Assembly (NCBI GenBank): GCA_918797485.1
Contig: CAKKNE010000002.1
Coordinates: 4,030,001-4,094,000, forward strand
Direction: 5' to 3'
Source: Pelagomonas calceolata
Taxonomy: Eukaryota
Length of the DNA stretch: 64,000 nucleotides
Shown: positions 19,828 through 29,379 of the stretch, piece by piece
Position numbering within the stretch: the stretch's first letter is position 1
Layout: each line of letters begins with the position of its first letter
Notes under the pieces: generated by a model
The model's database searches: none
Seen by the model: only the letters and a program-made list of their open reading frames with translations
Told to the model about the DNA's origin: nothing
Translations under genes and position numbers: made by a program

Positions 19828-20973
19828 CTACCGCGCCGACTTGCCGAAGCCGTCGAGGAAGCCGCCCGGCGCGATCGCGCCGAAGCGGTCCCTATCGGAT
19901 TTGCGACGCCGCTCGCGCTCCGCCGCGCGCTGGGCGACGACGTCGTCCTCGTACTTTTTGTTGCGCCTCCAGACGTCGTGGCGGTAGCGCTCCTCCTCGT
20001 CATGAGCCAATCGTAGTAGTTCGGCTTGCGACGCGTCGTAGTCGTCGTCGATCTGCTTCTCCTCCGACTTGGCGGCGTAGTTCTCCTCGACTAGTGTATC
20101 GTTCTCCTTTAACAACTGCGCCACTTGTTCCCGCGCGAAGCCCTTGAAATGATCGGGCCGGTAGCGGTGGGCACCCAACGCTGATCTCGCAACAGCCGTG
20201 TTCTCGCACAACTCCGGATCGCTCAGGCGCCGATCGATCTCGGCAGCTTCAATAAGAGCCACCTCCCGCTTTCTTGCTTCAGCAACAAGCCTCCTCCTCT
20301 CGGCGTCCTCCTCGTTCTTCACACGAAGCTCGTAGCGGACCCTGCTTCTTTCTTCGTTCTCCTCGTCCTCGAGATCCGCCCGTTCCGCCGCCACGAACCT
20401 TTCGTAGGCCGCATATCTCAGGAGCTCGTCCTTCTCCTCGTCGACGCGCGCGGCCTTCTCCGCTTCTTGCTGGGCGAGCCACGACCGCACGTTCAAGTTC
20501 TGGAGTTTAGTTCTTTCCTCAGCGGTGGGATCCTCGCCCTCGAAGACCTGGGCGCCCGCGGGGCCGGTCTTCGCGGGATCACACCGCAGGTCCTCCGAAG
20601 CAATCTTCGCGCGGCGCTCCGCCCGCTCGGCCACTTCGCCGTCCCACTCCTTGGCCAGCGACCGTTCGAACTCCCGGTCTTGGGCTTTAAAGCTCTGCTC
20701 GCGCTCCTCCACCACATCTCGCATGTGGGCCTCGTACTCGACGTAGGCCTGCGTCTCCTCCTGCTCCTCTAATTTCGCTTCTTCGCGCTCCTGGATTTGT
20801 CTAGCGAGCGCCGCGGGGTCCGCGCCGATGGCTCTTTGCTTGGAGTTGAGCAGTCTTTTCACGCGGTCCGCGTTGCGCCGCCGCATGAAGTCGATCTTCG
20901 CCTGCTGCTTGATGGCGTCATCGCTCCCGCGGAAGGGGTCCGTCTCGATGGCGGGGTTGCGCTCGAGGGCCAT
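19828..20973 (-). CDS. RIB43A: RIB43A-like axonemal microtubule inner protein
   Basis: R.IG.D motif, AGAQVFEGED, HRYRPDHFKG and C-terminal FLDGFGKSAR; coiled coil. Confidence 0.8.
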   Translation of the reverse strand: MALERNPAIETDPFRGSDDAIKQQAKIDFMRRRNADRVKRLLNSKQRAIGADPAALARQIQEREEAKLEEQEETQAYVEYEAHMRDVVEEREQSFKAQDREFERSLAKEWDGEVAERAERRAKIASEDLRCDPAKTGPAGAQVFEGEDPTAEERTKLQNLNVRSWLAQQEAEKAARVDEEKDELLRYAAYERFVAAERADLEDEENEERSRVRYELRVKNEEDAERRRLVAEARKREVALIEAAEIDRRLSDPELCENTAVARSALGAHRYRPDHFKGFAREQVAQLLKENDTLVEENYAAKSEEKQIDDDYDASQAELLRLAHDEEERYRHDVWRRNKKYEDDVVAQRAAERERRRKSDRDRFGAIAPGGFLDGFGKSAR

Positions 20974-21256
20974 GGTGGCTGCCCTTGCGTCTGCGCTCCG
21001 CTAAATAGGCTGCCCTCGACAACCGGGCGCTCCATGGTAGAATGTATCCAGTAGTTAGGCGCGGGCTCATGGACGCGTCCGACGCGCCGCTGGGGGCGCA
21101 GCGGCAGCGTGGCGGCGGTCGCAGAGCCCTCGGGTCGAGTCCTGGAACGGCACCCGCCCAACGCCCCGGCGCGGCTCGCATGGCGGTCGCGAGCGAGGCC
21201 ATCTCTCGAGACGCCATCGCCGCGACCCATCCTAACAGAAAGACTAAACAAGGAGG

Positions 21257-22168
21257 TTAGTACCGCGTCGTCCGCTTGCCGCAGTTGATCCCGTAGAAGC
21301 CCTTGAAGCACTTGCAGAGCCCGTCCTTGCACGTGCCCCGGTTCGAGCAGTCGACGTGGCAGATGTTCCCCGGTCGGCCGACGCCCCGACCGCCGGCCGC
21401 GACGACGCCCGTGCAGTTCGTCTCGTCCCTTTCCGTCATCGGGTCGTCGCCCGAGGGACACCGCTTCTGGCCACAGTCGGGCCCGTGGAACTCGGCCTGC
21501 TGTCGTTCGCCCGGACCTAAGCCCACGGGCCAGGACGAGTCGCAGAGGCAGGCCCGGTTGAGATTCTGGTCGTACGTGGGACCTCCGAGGCCCGACCGCG
21601 ACATCGCACCATCATAGCGAATAGATATGTTTTGTGTAGGATCACCGGGCTCCGGGAGATTCGTGAGATCATCCGTGTTGTTGACGGACGTGAAGCCGTC
21701 GTTGAGAGGTAAAGCGTCCTTCATCTTCGCGAGTTGGCGCATCGTGAGACACAGCCCTTTGCCCGAGCAGTCGTTCGGACACGTTTTTGATTGGCAAGCC
21801 GTGCCGGCAAACCCCGGGAAGCACTGGCACGTGCCCGTGAGTCGGTCGCAAAAACCAGCATTGGAACATTCCTTCAGCGAATGGGCTTCTGTTACTGAAG
21901 TGGGCATGTCACTCTGGGCCTTTCCAAACGGACATGTTCGTTCGGTACAGAAGGCGTCGCCGCCCCAGCCGGGGTCACACTTACAATTCGCGAACGGGCT
22001 CCCCGGGCCGCCCTTTTGTTCGCACTTGCCGTGGCCATTGCAGTAGTTCAGCGTATGACACCCGAAGCACCGCGCGCCTTCGGCCAGGCAGTCGATCTCT
22101 CCCACCGACTCCCAGGAGCTCGGCTCTTGCGGCGCTGCTAGGGGTAGGCAGAGGAGGAGGAGCCGCAT
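21257..22168 (-). CDS. Secreted EGF-repeat protein of the stramenopile mastigoneme (Ocm/Sig-like) type
   Basis: Signal peptide from ATG 22168; ERTCPFG, ECSNAGFCDRLTGTCQCFPGF, CPNDCSGKG, CPSGDDPMT and CSNRGTC motifs. Confidence 0.75.
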   Translation of the reverse strand: MRLLLLCLPLAAPQEPSSWESVGEIDCLAEGARCFGCHTLNYCNGHGKCEQKGGPGSPFANCKCDPGWGGDAFCTERTCPFGKAQSDMPTSVTEAHSLKECSNAGFCDRLTGTCQCFPGFAGTACQSKTCPNDCSGKGLCLTMRQLAKMKDALPLNDGFTSVNNTDDLTNLPEPGDPTQNISIRYDGAMSRSGLGGPTYDQNLNRACLCDSSWPVGLGPGERQQAEFHGPDCGQKRCPSGDDPMTERDETNCTGVVAAGGRGVGRPGNICHVDCSNRGTCKDGLCKCFKGFYGINCGKRTTRY

Positions 22169-22354
22169 CGCGGTTCGTTGACGCGCAGCGATGCTCCGAC
22201 GGACTTGGCGCTTCGATGGCGTCTGCGGACGCGCAGTCACGCTTCGTCAGCCGTCGGGGCAGCCCATGTTTGCGCGCTGCCTACCGGCACTGGCAGGGGC
22301 TTACCCCGCACGATAGAGTCACCACACTATTCTTACTAGTCTTCCCCAGAAGCA

Positions 22355-23533
22355 TCATCGCGCCACCGCAACGGCGGACAGCCGCTCGGTCTCCCCCTCC
22401 GCGAGCGCCAGGTCGTGCGCCGGGTACGCCCTCTCCACATCCGTCCGCGCCGCACGCAACGCCGCGCGGCACAGCTCCGCGGCGGCCCGGAAGTCTTCTC
22501 CCGACGAAGCGCGCGCGAGCGCCAGCGACGCGACGCTATGGAGTGCGACGACGTCGTAGGGTGCCAGGCGTGCCGCTTCCGAGAGGTGCGCCGCCGCGGC
22601 GTCGGCCAGCGCCTCGGCCAGATGCGGCCTTCGTCGCGCGGACGCGTCGGCAAGCCCGCGCAACGACAGACCTGCCACCTTATGCAATTCAGCCGCGTCG
22701 ACCGCGTCCGTCGGAAGCGCCGACCTCGCGGCGCGCACGGCCCGCGCGTACTTGCCAGCGCGTCGCAAATCCATGGCCCGCGCCAGGGACAAGCGCGCAT
22801 GGTCCGGTGCCGTCGATGCCAAAAAACAAACGAGGACGTAGCGCTCGCCCTCCGTCGTCGCGGCGCCGGCGTGCCGCGTGCGGCCGGCGTGCGCGACGGC
22901 GTCGCCGGCACGCACCGGTGTGAGCGTCACGTCGCCGGGCCCCTCGAAGCGCGTACCGCCTCCAATAAAATCATCAGCGTCGCTCAGGGCGACATTAAGA
23001 GTCAGCGTCGAGAAGTCGCGATGCACCGGCTGGCCCGACGCGGCGCGGTCCCGTGCCAGGTCCGGCGCGTACTTCACTATTAGTGCGTCGTAGATGGCTA
23101 ATTGCGTCGCGTTCGCCGCCTCGGGCACGCGCAGCGCCCCCGCGAAGCGTTGCGACGCGACGAACGCCCGCAGCCAGCGCTTCGTCCGCGGCAGCTCGTC
23201 CGCGTGGCAGTCCCGCAGGTCCTCGGTCATCGAGAAGCGCGACATCGACGTCTGCTCTGAAAAGCGCGCGTCGGCTTCTCGCTTTATTCGCCGCGCGACG
23301 GCGCGCGGCATGACGCTTGGCGCCGCGAGCACGGTGCGCGGCGCAGCGACGGCGCGCCAGCTCGCATCGTCGTCTCCCGTGACAGGGATCGGCGCGCCCC
23401 AGCGCTTCGCCGAGTCCGCGAGATCGCTTTCGTGGCGCTGCACGTTTTTGGCGTGCTCTGCTGCGAGTTGGTGAGTGCTGAGTGGTGTGAGCGCTCGCGC
23501 TGCGGTGATGAGCAGCAATGTAGCACTTCTCAT
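22355..23533 (-). CDS. 2OG-Fe(II) oxygenase (prolyl/lysyl-hydroxylase-like) with C-terminal TPR-like helices
   Basis: IVKY, VHRDFSTLTLNVAL, FIGGGTRF and HAGAATTEGERYVLVCF motifs; signal peptide. Confidence 0.8.
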   Translation of the reverse strand: MRSATLLLITAARALTPLSTHQLAAEHAKNVQRHESDLADSAKRWGAPIPVTGDDDASWRAVAAPRTVLAAPSVMPRAVARRIKREADARFSEQTSMSRFSMTEDLRDCHADELPRTKRWLRAFVASQRFAGALRVPEAANATQLAIYDALIVKYAPDLARDRAASGQPVHRDFSTLTLNVALSDADDFIGGGTRFEGPGDVTLTPVRAGDAVAHAGRTRHAGAATTEGERYVLVCFLASTAPDHARLSLARAMDLRRAGKYARAVRAARSALPTDAVDAAELHKVAGLSLRGLADASARRRPHLAEALADAAAAHLSEAARLAPYDVVALHSVASLALARASSGEDFRAAAELCRAALRAARTDVERAYPAHDLALAEGETERLSAVAVAR

Positions 23534-23626
23534 CGTTGATTCTATGCTATTCCTGCATGCTTACGTTGCATTGCATGGGCTGCGCACCGATGCTTGCGAT
23601 GCGATGCATCTTGCATCGGTGGCTTG

Positions 23627-23647
23627 CTAGTGTCTTACCGGCACTAG
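23627..23647 (+). promoter_or_regulatory. CTAG-TGTCTTAC-CTAG element (oxygenase / ARL13-like divergent region)
   Basis: CTAGTGTCTTACCGGCACTAG. Confidence 0.7.
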
Positions 23648-23826
23648 CGCATGCGAGAGACCTCCGAACACTCCTCCGCGAAAGGAGATCTCCAAGGCCC
23701 CACGACGAGAGGCAGGTCTCCCACGCCGCGAAGCCAGCAGCCCGCCCGTTAGCTGATCAGCTTCGCGCTGTGGGCAGCGCCGAAGGGCACGCAAACGCTG
23801 AAGGGCAGCGCAAACGACCACCCACG

Positions 23827-25431
23827 ATGTCGCGGCGCATGCAAACGCTCCGCAACATAAGCAACCGGCCGCGGTCCGCGCCGGCCCAACGGAAGCCGGT
23901 GGCCACGAGCACCGCACTGCCGGGCCCGGCCTCGCCCTTAGGCGGCGACGCCCACGCCGGGTTGCGGCCGGGCACGGCCAAGAACATCAAGCGACGGTCC
24001 GCGAGTGCGGCGTCGCGGAGGCGCCGAGAGATCGTGGGTGAATACATGCGCCGCAGCGTCGACCCCGTGATGAGGGAACTCGTGACGCATTTACTGGTCG
24101 AGAAGCCTTCCGATGTGACGAAGGAGATGCTGGCTTATCTCAGAGGTGTCCGGGACGGGACGACGCCCCAGATCCAGATGGACTCGCAGCGGAAAGTGTC
24201 GAAGGAAGATCGGGCTTACATGGCCCGCGACGTCAAGCCATTACTGACCGATTTACTGTCCGACGTCGTACGGGCACGACCTAGAGCTCCAGTGGACTTC
24301 TCCATAGCTTGGTTGGCATCTAGAAGGGCGCAGGCTACGGACGTGCCGGCGCCAAAGAGCGTCTCAAAATTAAGAGATGCCATCTCCTTCGATGCTGCCG
24401 TCACATCGCAAAAACCGACAACAACGCTAGAGAAGAAGCGCATCTTTGTGTTAGGCGATGTCTCATCCGGCAAGACGACCCTCCTCAAAGCGATGCAGGG
24501 CGACCTCGAGCCATCAGCAAAGCCGTCGGGAGGGTTCAAGACCTTCGATCTGGGCCACCAACTGTCGGAGGACGCCCCGCAGTCCACCTTAACGTTCTTC
24601 GACGTGTCCGGTAAAACAAAAGCGCGCGCGCGGTGGCCTGCCTACTTTTCAGATTGCCACGCCGTTGTTTTTGTGGTCGACTGTTCTAGCGACTTAGCTG
24701 AAGCAAGGACCTGCTTCGACTACTGCTTCCGGGCTACGAATGAAAATGAGGACGAACGCCGCAGTATGCTCAAGGGCAAGCCGCTGCTGGTGCTCGCGAA
24801 CAAGCAAGATATTGAGAGTAGTGCGAAGCCCGATGAAGTGTCGAAAGCTCTGGATTTGGACGCGTATCAACGAGATGGATATCATGTCGCCGTCTGTCCC
24901 GTCGTCGGAGACCCGCAAAAAAGCAATGGTGCACTGGACCCGCGCGTGGAAAGGGCCATCGACTGGCTCGCGCAGCGCATCGACGATAAAGCGGGCGCCC
25001 TGGAAGCGCGGCGCACGCGGGAGACGGCCGCGACGGACGCCTGGGACCAGCTCCAGAAGGAGAAGAAGGAGCAGCGGGTCTTCCGGAAAGTTCTCAGGAA
25101 GGCGCATCCCCAGGAGGGGGAGCCCGAGGAGTGCATGGATGAGTCTGAAGGTCTCGAGTTCTTCGCGTCGGAGCTAGGGTGTACGATAGAAGACATGGAC
25201 CCCACGGCGAAACGACTCGCAGCACTGATGAACTACCAGAAGCTCGCCTTGCAGATGACCGCCGCGATGAACCAACCGGTAAACCCCAAGAAGCGCGCGC
25301 CCATGGCCTGGCCGGACGTGGCGGCCTACGTCGAAGCTCGCAATTCAGAAAAGTGGGACCCGGCGGTCGTCCAGCGCGACGAGGACGAGGACCCGACGAG
25401 CATGAAGAACCGGATGGCGAAGCGGGCTTAG
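23827..25431 (+). CDS. Arf-like (ARL13-like) GTPase with two N-terminal Dpy-30/RIIa-type docking motifs
   Basis: GDVSSGKTT, FDVSG, WPAYF, VVFVVD and LVLANKQD motifs, then coiled coil; two YM...P.....L...KP/RP..P segments. ATG at 23827. Confidence 0.75.
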   Translation: MSRRMQTLRNISNRPRSAPAQRKPVATSTALPGPASPLGGDAHAGLRPGTAKNIKRRSASAASRRRREIVGEYMRRSVDPVMRELVTHLLVEKPSDVTKEMLAYLRGVRDGTTPQIQMDSQRKVSKEDRAYMARDVKPLLTDLLSDVVRARPRAPVDFSIAWLASRRAQATDVPAPKSVSKLRDAISFDAAVTSQKPTTTLEKKRIFVLGDVSSGKTTLLKAMQGDLEPSAKPSGGFKTFDLGHQLSEDAPQSTLTFFDVSGKTKARARWPAYFSDCHAVVFVVDCSSDLAEARTCFDYCFRATNENEDERRSMLKGKPLLVLANKQDIESSAKPDEVSKALDLDAYQRDGYHVAVCPVVGDPQKSNGALDPRVERAIDWLAQRIDDKAGALEARRTRETAATDAWDQLQKEKKEQRVFRKVLRKAHPQEGEPEECMDESEGLEFFASELGCTIEDMDPTAKRLAALMNYQKLALQMTAAMNQPVNPKKRAPMAWPDVAAYVEARNSEKWDPAVVQRDEDEDPTSMKNRMAKRA

Positions 25432-25846
25432 TAGCTGATGCCGGGTAAGACCAAGATTACTACAACATACTTACTTCCAGTCGGCTAGGTGCTCGAGCAT
25501 CATGGATGCCTCCGGGCCGTCCATGTCCTCCCAAGTATCGATGACGCTCCACTTCCAGGACGCGTGGATTGTCGATGGGCTTCCCGAGTGTGCTCTGTTG
25601 ACATCGTGCGGAGCGGTACGCGAGCCGGATCTTTGACTGGTAGTTGCAGGGGTGGTATAGAGCACCGCTACGGTCTCCAAATGCTGCCCTCGTTAGCTAG
25701 CGGCGTTCAAAACGCTGCCAGAGCTGCCAATCTGCTGTTTGAAAATGGTGGAGAGCGCAGTCAGTCACTGCCGCCCGTGGATCCCTAGACTGGTCTAGCA
25801 CCACTCCAGGGAGCTATCAGGGGATGAATGTAACGGAATAAGATTA

Positions 25847-26713
25847 CTACTCGCGCTTGATCGGCGACGCTACCGAAAAATCGGCGAGGGGGAGGATCCG
25901 GTAGCCCGCCGCCGCCGTCTTTGATACGGACGCCTGGAACTCGTCGAGGCAGTCGCCGCACGTCCGGCCGAAGGTGCTCCCATAAGCAGACTTCTCGCCC
26001 GGCAGGTGGCCCGTGTAGCCGTTGATCCTATCTCTGGGGATCCGCTCCGTGTCCGTGCCGCTCAGTATACCTTTCTGCGGGTATATCGTCTTGGCCTCTT
26101 TTTGTACGCGTGCGAACGTCGACCCGAAGAAGTGCTGCGCGCCCCGGATGCACCCCGTGTAGCCCGGCGAGGCCTCGAGCTCGTGCCTCAATGCTAGCGT
26201 CTTCCCTAGGGCTCTGGCTTCCCGGAACCGTACCTCGTCTTTATCTAAGACGATGGTGTTCGTCCCCGACGGCATTTCTGTCGTCGACGTGGACACGATG
26301 CGATGTTTTGAGGGAGACGCCGACTTGCGGTGCTCCGCGAAGGAGTTTTCTACCGTCCTGCCGAAAGTTTCGGCGTAGCGGGTGACACGGCCGGGAATAT
26401 GGCCCGAATACCCCAGCACGCGGGCCGGCGCCGCGCTGTCCAAGCTTTCCGTCGCGACGCGCGGGCCCGCCTCTTCATGGGGATTCCCCGCGGGCGTCGG
26501 CGCGAAGTTGTGCGACGGCGCGCGCCGCGAGACCTCGCCGTCCGTTAATCCATAATAGTGCTGGCTGCCTCTGATAAAACCGCGGTAGCCCGGGATGGCT
26601 TTAGGCTTTTGGCTCTGGGTTTCGCGCGGAGGCGAAGGATGCTGCTCCTTGTCTGGGACGAAAAGGTTGTGCTCGGCCTTGGGAGGCGAGTGCAGGGGGC
26701 GCTGGAGCGACAT
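25847..26713 (-). CDS. FAM166/CIMIP2-like ciliary microtubule inner protein (PGY repeats)
   Basis: Repeats IPGYRGFIRG, GYSGHIPG, PGYTGCIRG and GYTGHLPG, most followed by G/ExTFG. ATG at 26713. Confidence 0.75.
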   Translation of the reverse strand: MSLQRPLHSPPKAEHNLFVPDKEQHPSPPRETQSQKPKAIPGYRGFIRGSQHYYGLTDGEVSRRAPSHNFAPTPAGNPHEEAGPRVATESLDSAAPARVLGYSGHIPGRVTRYAETFGRTVENSFAEHRKSASPSKHRIVSTSTTEMPSGTNTIVLDKDEVRFREARALGKTLALRHELEASPGYTGCIRGAQHFFGSTFARVQKEAKTIYPQKGILSGTDTERIPRDRINGYTGHLPGEKSAYGSTFGRTCGDCLDEFQASVSKTAAAGYRILPLADFSVASPIKRE

Positions 26714-27170
26714 CGTGGGGTGCCCTTTTGCGCTGCCGGTCGAACAGGAGGCGGGAGCGGTTTCTGTGGAGTATTCGTGTGCGTCCGTGCGTCGAAGGCG
26801 TCCGCGGGGAGGGCGTTTAATTTGAGTGGGCAGCCGGACGGAGAGCAAAGGCCGGCGGTTTCGTACTCGGGTGCGCGTGCGGAGCAGGTTGGGTCAAGTT
26901 CTCGTCGAACGGCGTTCAAGGGCCGGCTGGGAGTAATCCTACGCTGCGTTGAAACCCGTACATTAGCTTGCCACTGGGGCCACGCGGCGCAAATAACCAT
27001 AGACAACCAACTCGCGGCTTTACGCGTGTGTCTTGCAGTTATATTAGTTGTGCGACACGAATTGCAGCCGAAGTTTTGCTCGGAAAGCATCGCTAAGCAC
27101 AGCATCACCTCTGGGCCACTGCCAGCACAGCAGTCGAACAACGCGAACACATCGAAGAACGCATCGAAAC

Positions 27171-27914
27171 ATGGCCCGCGAAGCATTAAAAAAGATCGTC
27201 GTCTTCGGCGGCAACGGCTTTGTGGGAAGCGAGGTCTTAAAACGACTCAGCACCAAGCCGACGGTGCAAGCCGTCAGCGTGTCGCGGCGAGGAGCCGCGC
27301 CGGGCCACTGCGCCGACTTCGCCGATAAGGTCGAGTGGCGGACCGGCGACTGCCTCGACAAAAAGACCTACGCCGACGCCCTCGAGGGCGCCGCGGCCGT
27401 TGTTGTAAGCGTAGGGAGCCCACCACTACCCGGTGATGTAGAAGCCGCGCGTCGAGCGAACGGAGAGACGAATGTCAAGGTCATCGAGGCCGCGATGGAA
27501 GCGAAGGTCGGCCGCGCCGTCGTCGTCGGCGCGACGATGCCGCCGTGGCTCGACAGGGTCGCGGAGGGTTATGCCTTGGGCAAGCGGGACGCCTTCGAGG
27601 CGCTTGGAGGGTTCGCCCTGGGCGGCGGCGCCGTCGTCGTGAAGCCCAGTGCGATCTACGGGACGCGACATACGGAGTCAGGCTACCCCATACCGCTGGC
27701 GCCGGTCATGGCGCCGCTGTCCTACGCGCTTAGAATAGGAAGACCGGTGACGGGCTTCGTGACGGGCCTCGCGCCGTCGTTGCTCGACGGTCTCTTGGAG
27801 CCGCCGGTCCCCGTGCACGCCGTCGCGCAGACGGTCGTCGACGCGTGCCTGGAGGAGGAGTATGCCGAGGGCTTCGTCGCGCTCGGCGTGGAGGAGATCC
27901 TCAAACGCTGTTAA
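27171..27914 (+). CDS. NAD(P)-binding Rossmann-fold protein (atypical SDR)
   Basis: VVFGGNGFVG, VSRRG, YALGK and KPSAIYG motifs. Confidence 0.85.
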   Translation: MAREALKKIVVFGGNGFVGSEVLKRLSTKPTVQAVSVSRRGAAPGHCADFADKVEWRTGDCLDKKTYADALEGAAAVVVSVGSPPLPGDVEAARRANGETNVKVIEAAMEAKVGRAVVVGATMPPWLDRVAEGYALGKRDAFEALGGFALGGGAVVVKPSAIYGTRHTESGYPIPLAPVMAPLSYALRIGRPVTGFVTGLAPSLLDGLLEPPVPVHAVAQTVVDACLEEEYAEGFVALGVEEILKRC

Positions 27915-28002
27915 TTGTATATTTATGCGACCTTCTTCCGGTCCGCCCCGTCGTAGTATTTGGCATGGCGTGCGCGTCCCGCGGTTTGTCCCGCAAAACG
28001 CG

Positions 28003-28857
28003 CTACTGCGCGAGGTTCTTCGTGGGGTAGCGGTGGTGCGTCTCGTGCGCCCGCGTCGTATATTCAAAGCCCCAAAACCTAAACTGGACGTCGTAGGCCG
28101 TGTGGTTCAGGAGCGCTAGGATAGCGTACAGGATGAAGTGCACGAAGATCGTCAGGGCATGCACTGATGTTGTGTGACCAACAATGACCAAAGTGATGTA
28201 CAAACAGCTCAAGCCAAGCACCTGCTCGATGGGGTGCTCGTTGCCGGCGTCCGCATAACCCCGCTCCGGCAGTTGTTGTCTATGGTGGTGCTTGTGGACA
28301 TACGGGTAAAACCACGGCCGGTGCATCAGCAAGTGGAGCGGCGCGTAGAAGGCGTCGTCGATCGCGAAGATTAAGTAGAGTGCTGGTAATGTATTCAGCA
28401 TTCCTAGGTCATTTAACCTCCAAGCAAAGTTCGGGGACGACAGCACGATATCGATCACGTGGCACGTGAACTGCCACTCCACCACCGAATTGATGCACAA
28501 AAACAAATAGTCGATCCACTCCAACTTCACGAGGCCCCGATTGCCCGTGTTGATGCGGTACATCATCATTTTATTGTTATAAGCGCGGTCTAGGAGTACG
28601 AGTACGATATGATCGAGGAGCTGCAATCCTAAACATTTCAGGGCCCACCCACACCAGTAGTACTCTCTCGATAGGTTCAGGGGGTTCGTCAATTTCTCAA
28701 AACTTTCTCGTCGCTTACTTCGCAGCAACAGGAGCAGTCCGACGAAAGCCGCGAAGGACTGGAAGCTCTTCTTGTGCTTGCGGAGCTGGTCCTCGACTAT
28801 CGTAGATCTTCGTCGCGCCGTGGGCTGGGCGAGGCTCTTCGGGGGGGCGACGCACAT
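28003..28857 (-). CDS. Fatty acid hydroxylase/sterol desaturase superfamily protein (C-terminus apparently damaged)
   Basis: His boxes HLLMH, HKHHH and HETHH plus EHPIE; TM segments. ATG at 28857. Confidence 0.85.
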   Translation of the reverse strand: MCVAPPKSLAQPTARRRSTIVEDQLRKHKKSFQSFAAFVGLLLLLRSKRRESFEKLTNPLNLSREYYWCGWALKCLGLQLLDHIVLVLLDRAYNNKMMMYRINTGNRGLVKLEWIDYLFLCINSVVEWQFTCHVIDIVLSSPNFAWRLNDLGMLNTLPALYLIFAIDDAFYAPLHLLMHRPWFYPYVHKHHHRQQLPERGYADAGNEHPIEQVLGLSCLYITLVIVGHTTSVHALTIFVHFILYAILALLNHTAYDVQFRFWGFEYTTRAHETHHRYPTKNLAQ

Positions 28858-29043
28858 GCTTGCGGCGGCGTTTTGCGGCTGCCACGCCAATCTCGTTTGG
28901 AGCGCCGTCCGGGGCGTTAGTGTTGGTTGTTTCGCACTTGAGCCGTTGGTAGGTGTCGTGGCTGTCGTATACGCGGCTTAGATCGGCAGCGTCGCCGCTA
29001 GGGACGGCGGTAGAGCGGCGAAACGACTGCCACCTCGACTTCG

Positions 29044-29066
29044 CTAGCGGTCTGTAAAGACACTAG
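29044..29066 (-). promoter_or_regulatory. CTAG-TGTCTTAC-CTAG element (hydroxylase / WD40 divergent region)
   Basis: CTAGCGGTCTGTAAAGACACTAG. Confidence 0.7.
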
Positions 29067-29379
29067 GAATAGCCACGCTTTGGTTTTTCGCTTCATACGA
29101 AGCCAAGCTGCGGCATCGGACAGCTTTGACTGGTTCGGACATCACTAATCGATCACAGCTGCACGCCTGAAACAGCAGCGTGCCGATTAGAGGCTTTTAA
29201 AAGGCTAAACACAGCCTACCCGCGAAAGCCGCTCTCCGGCAGGATATAAGCGCAAGAAACGCAGCAGAAAACGCCGCGCCCCGCTCCCCGACGTCGAAGA
29301 AGGCCTCGGCGACGCGGTCCGCAGCCAACACCCCCCAAAAACCAAGCAAATAAACGTCGTCGAGACAAGGCGGGAAACC

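Noticed and set aside
25471..25788. Short ORFs and a weak CTAG-N14-CTGC motif between the ARL13-like and FAM166-like genes
   Set aside because: No convincing start or domain, and the motif core is absent.
27025..27047. GTGTCTTGCAG...TTAG (and CTAGATACTGACAC at ~2967) as promoter-element copies in the two remaining divergent regions
   Set aside because: Too degenerate to count without a position weight matrix.
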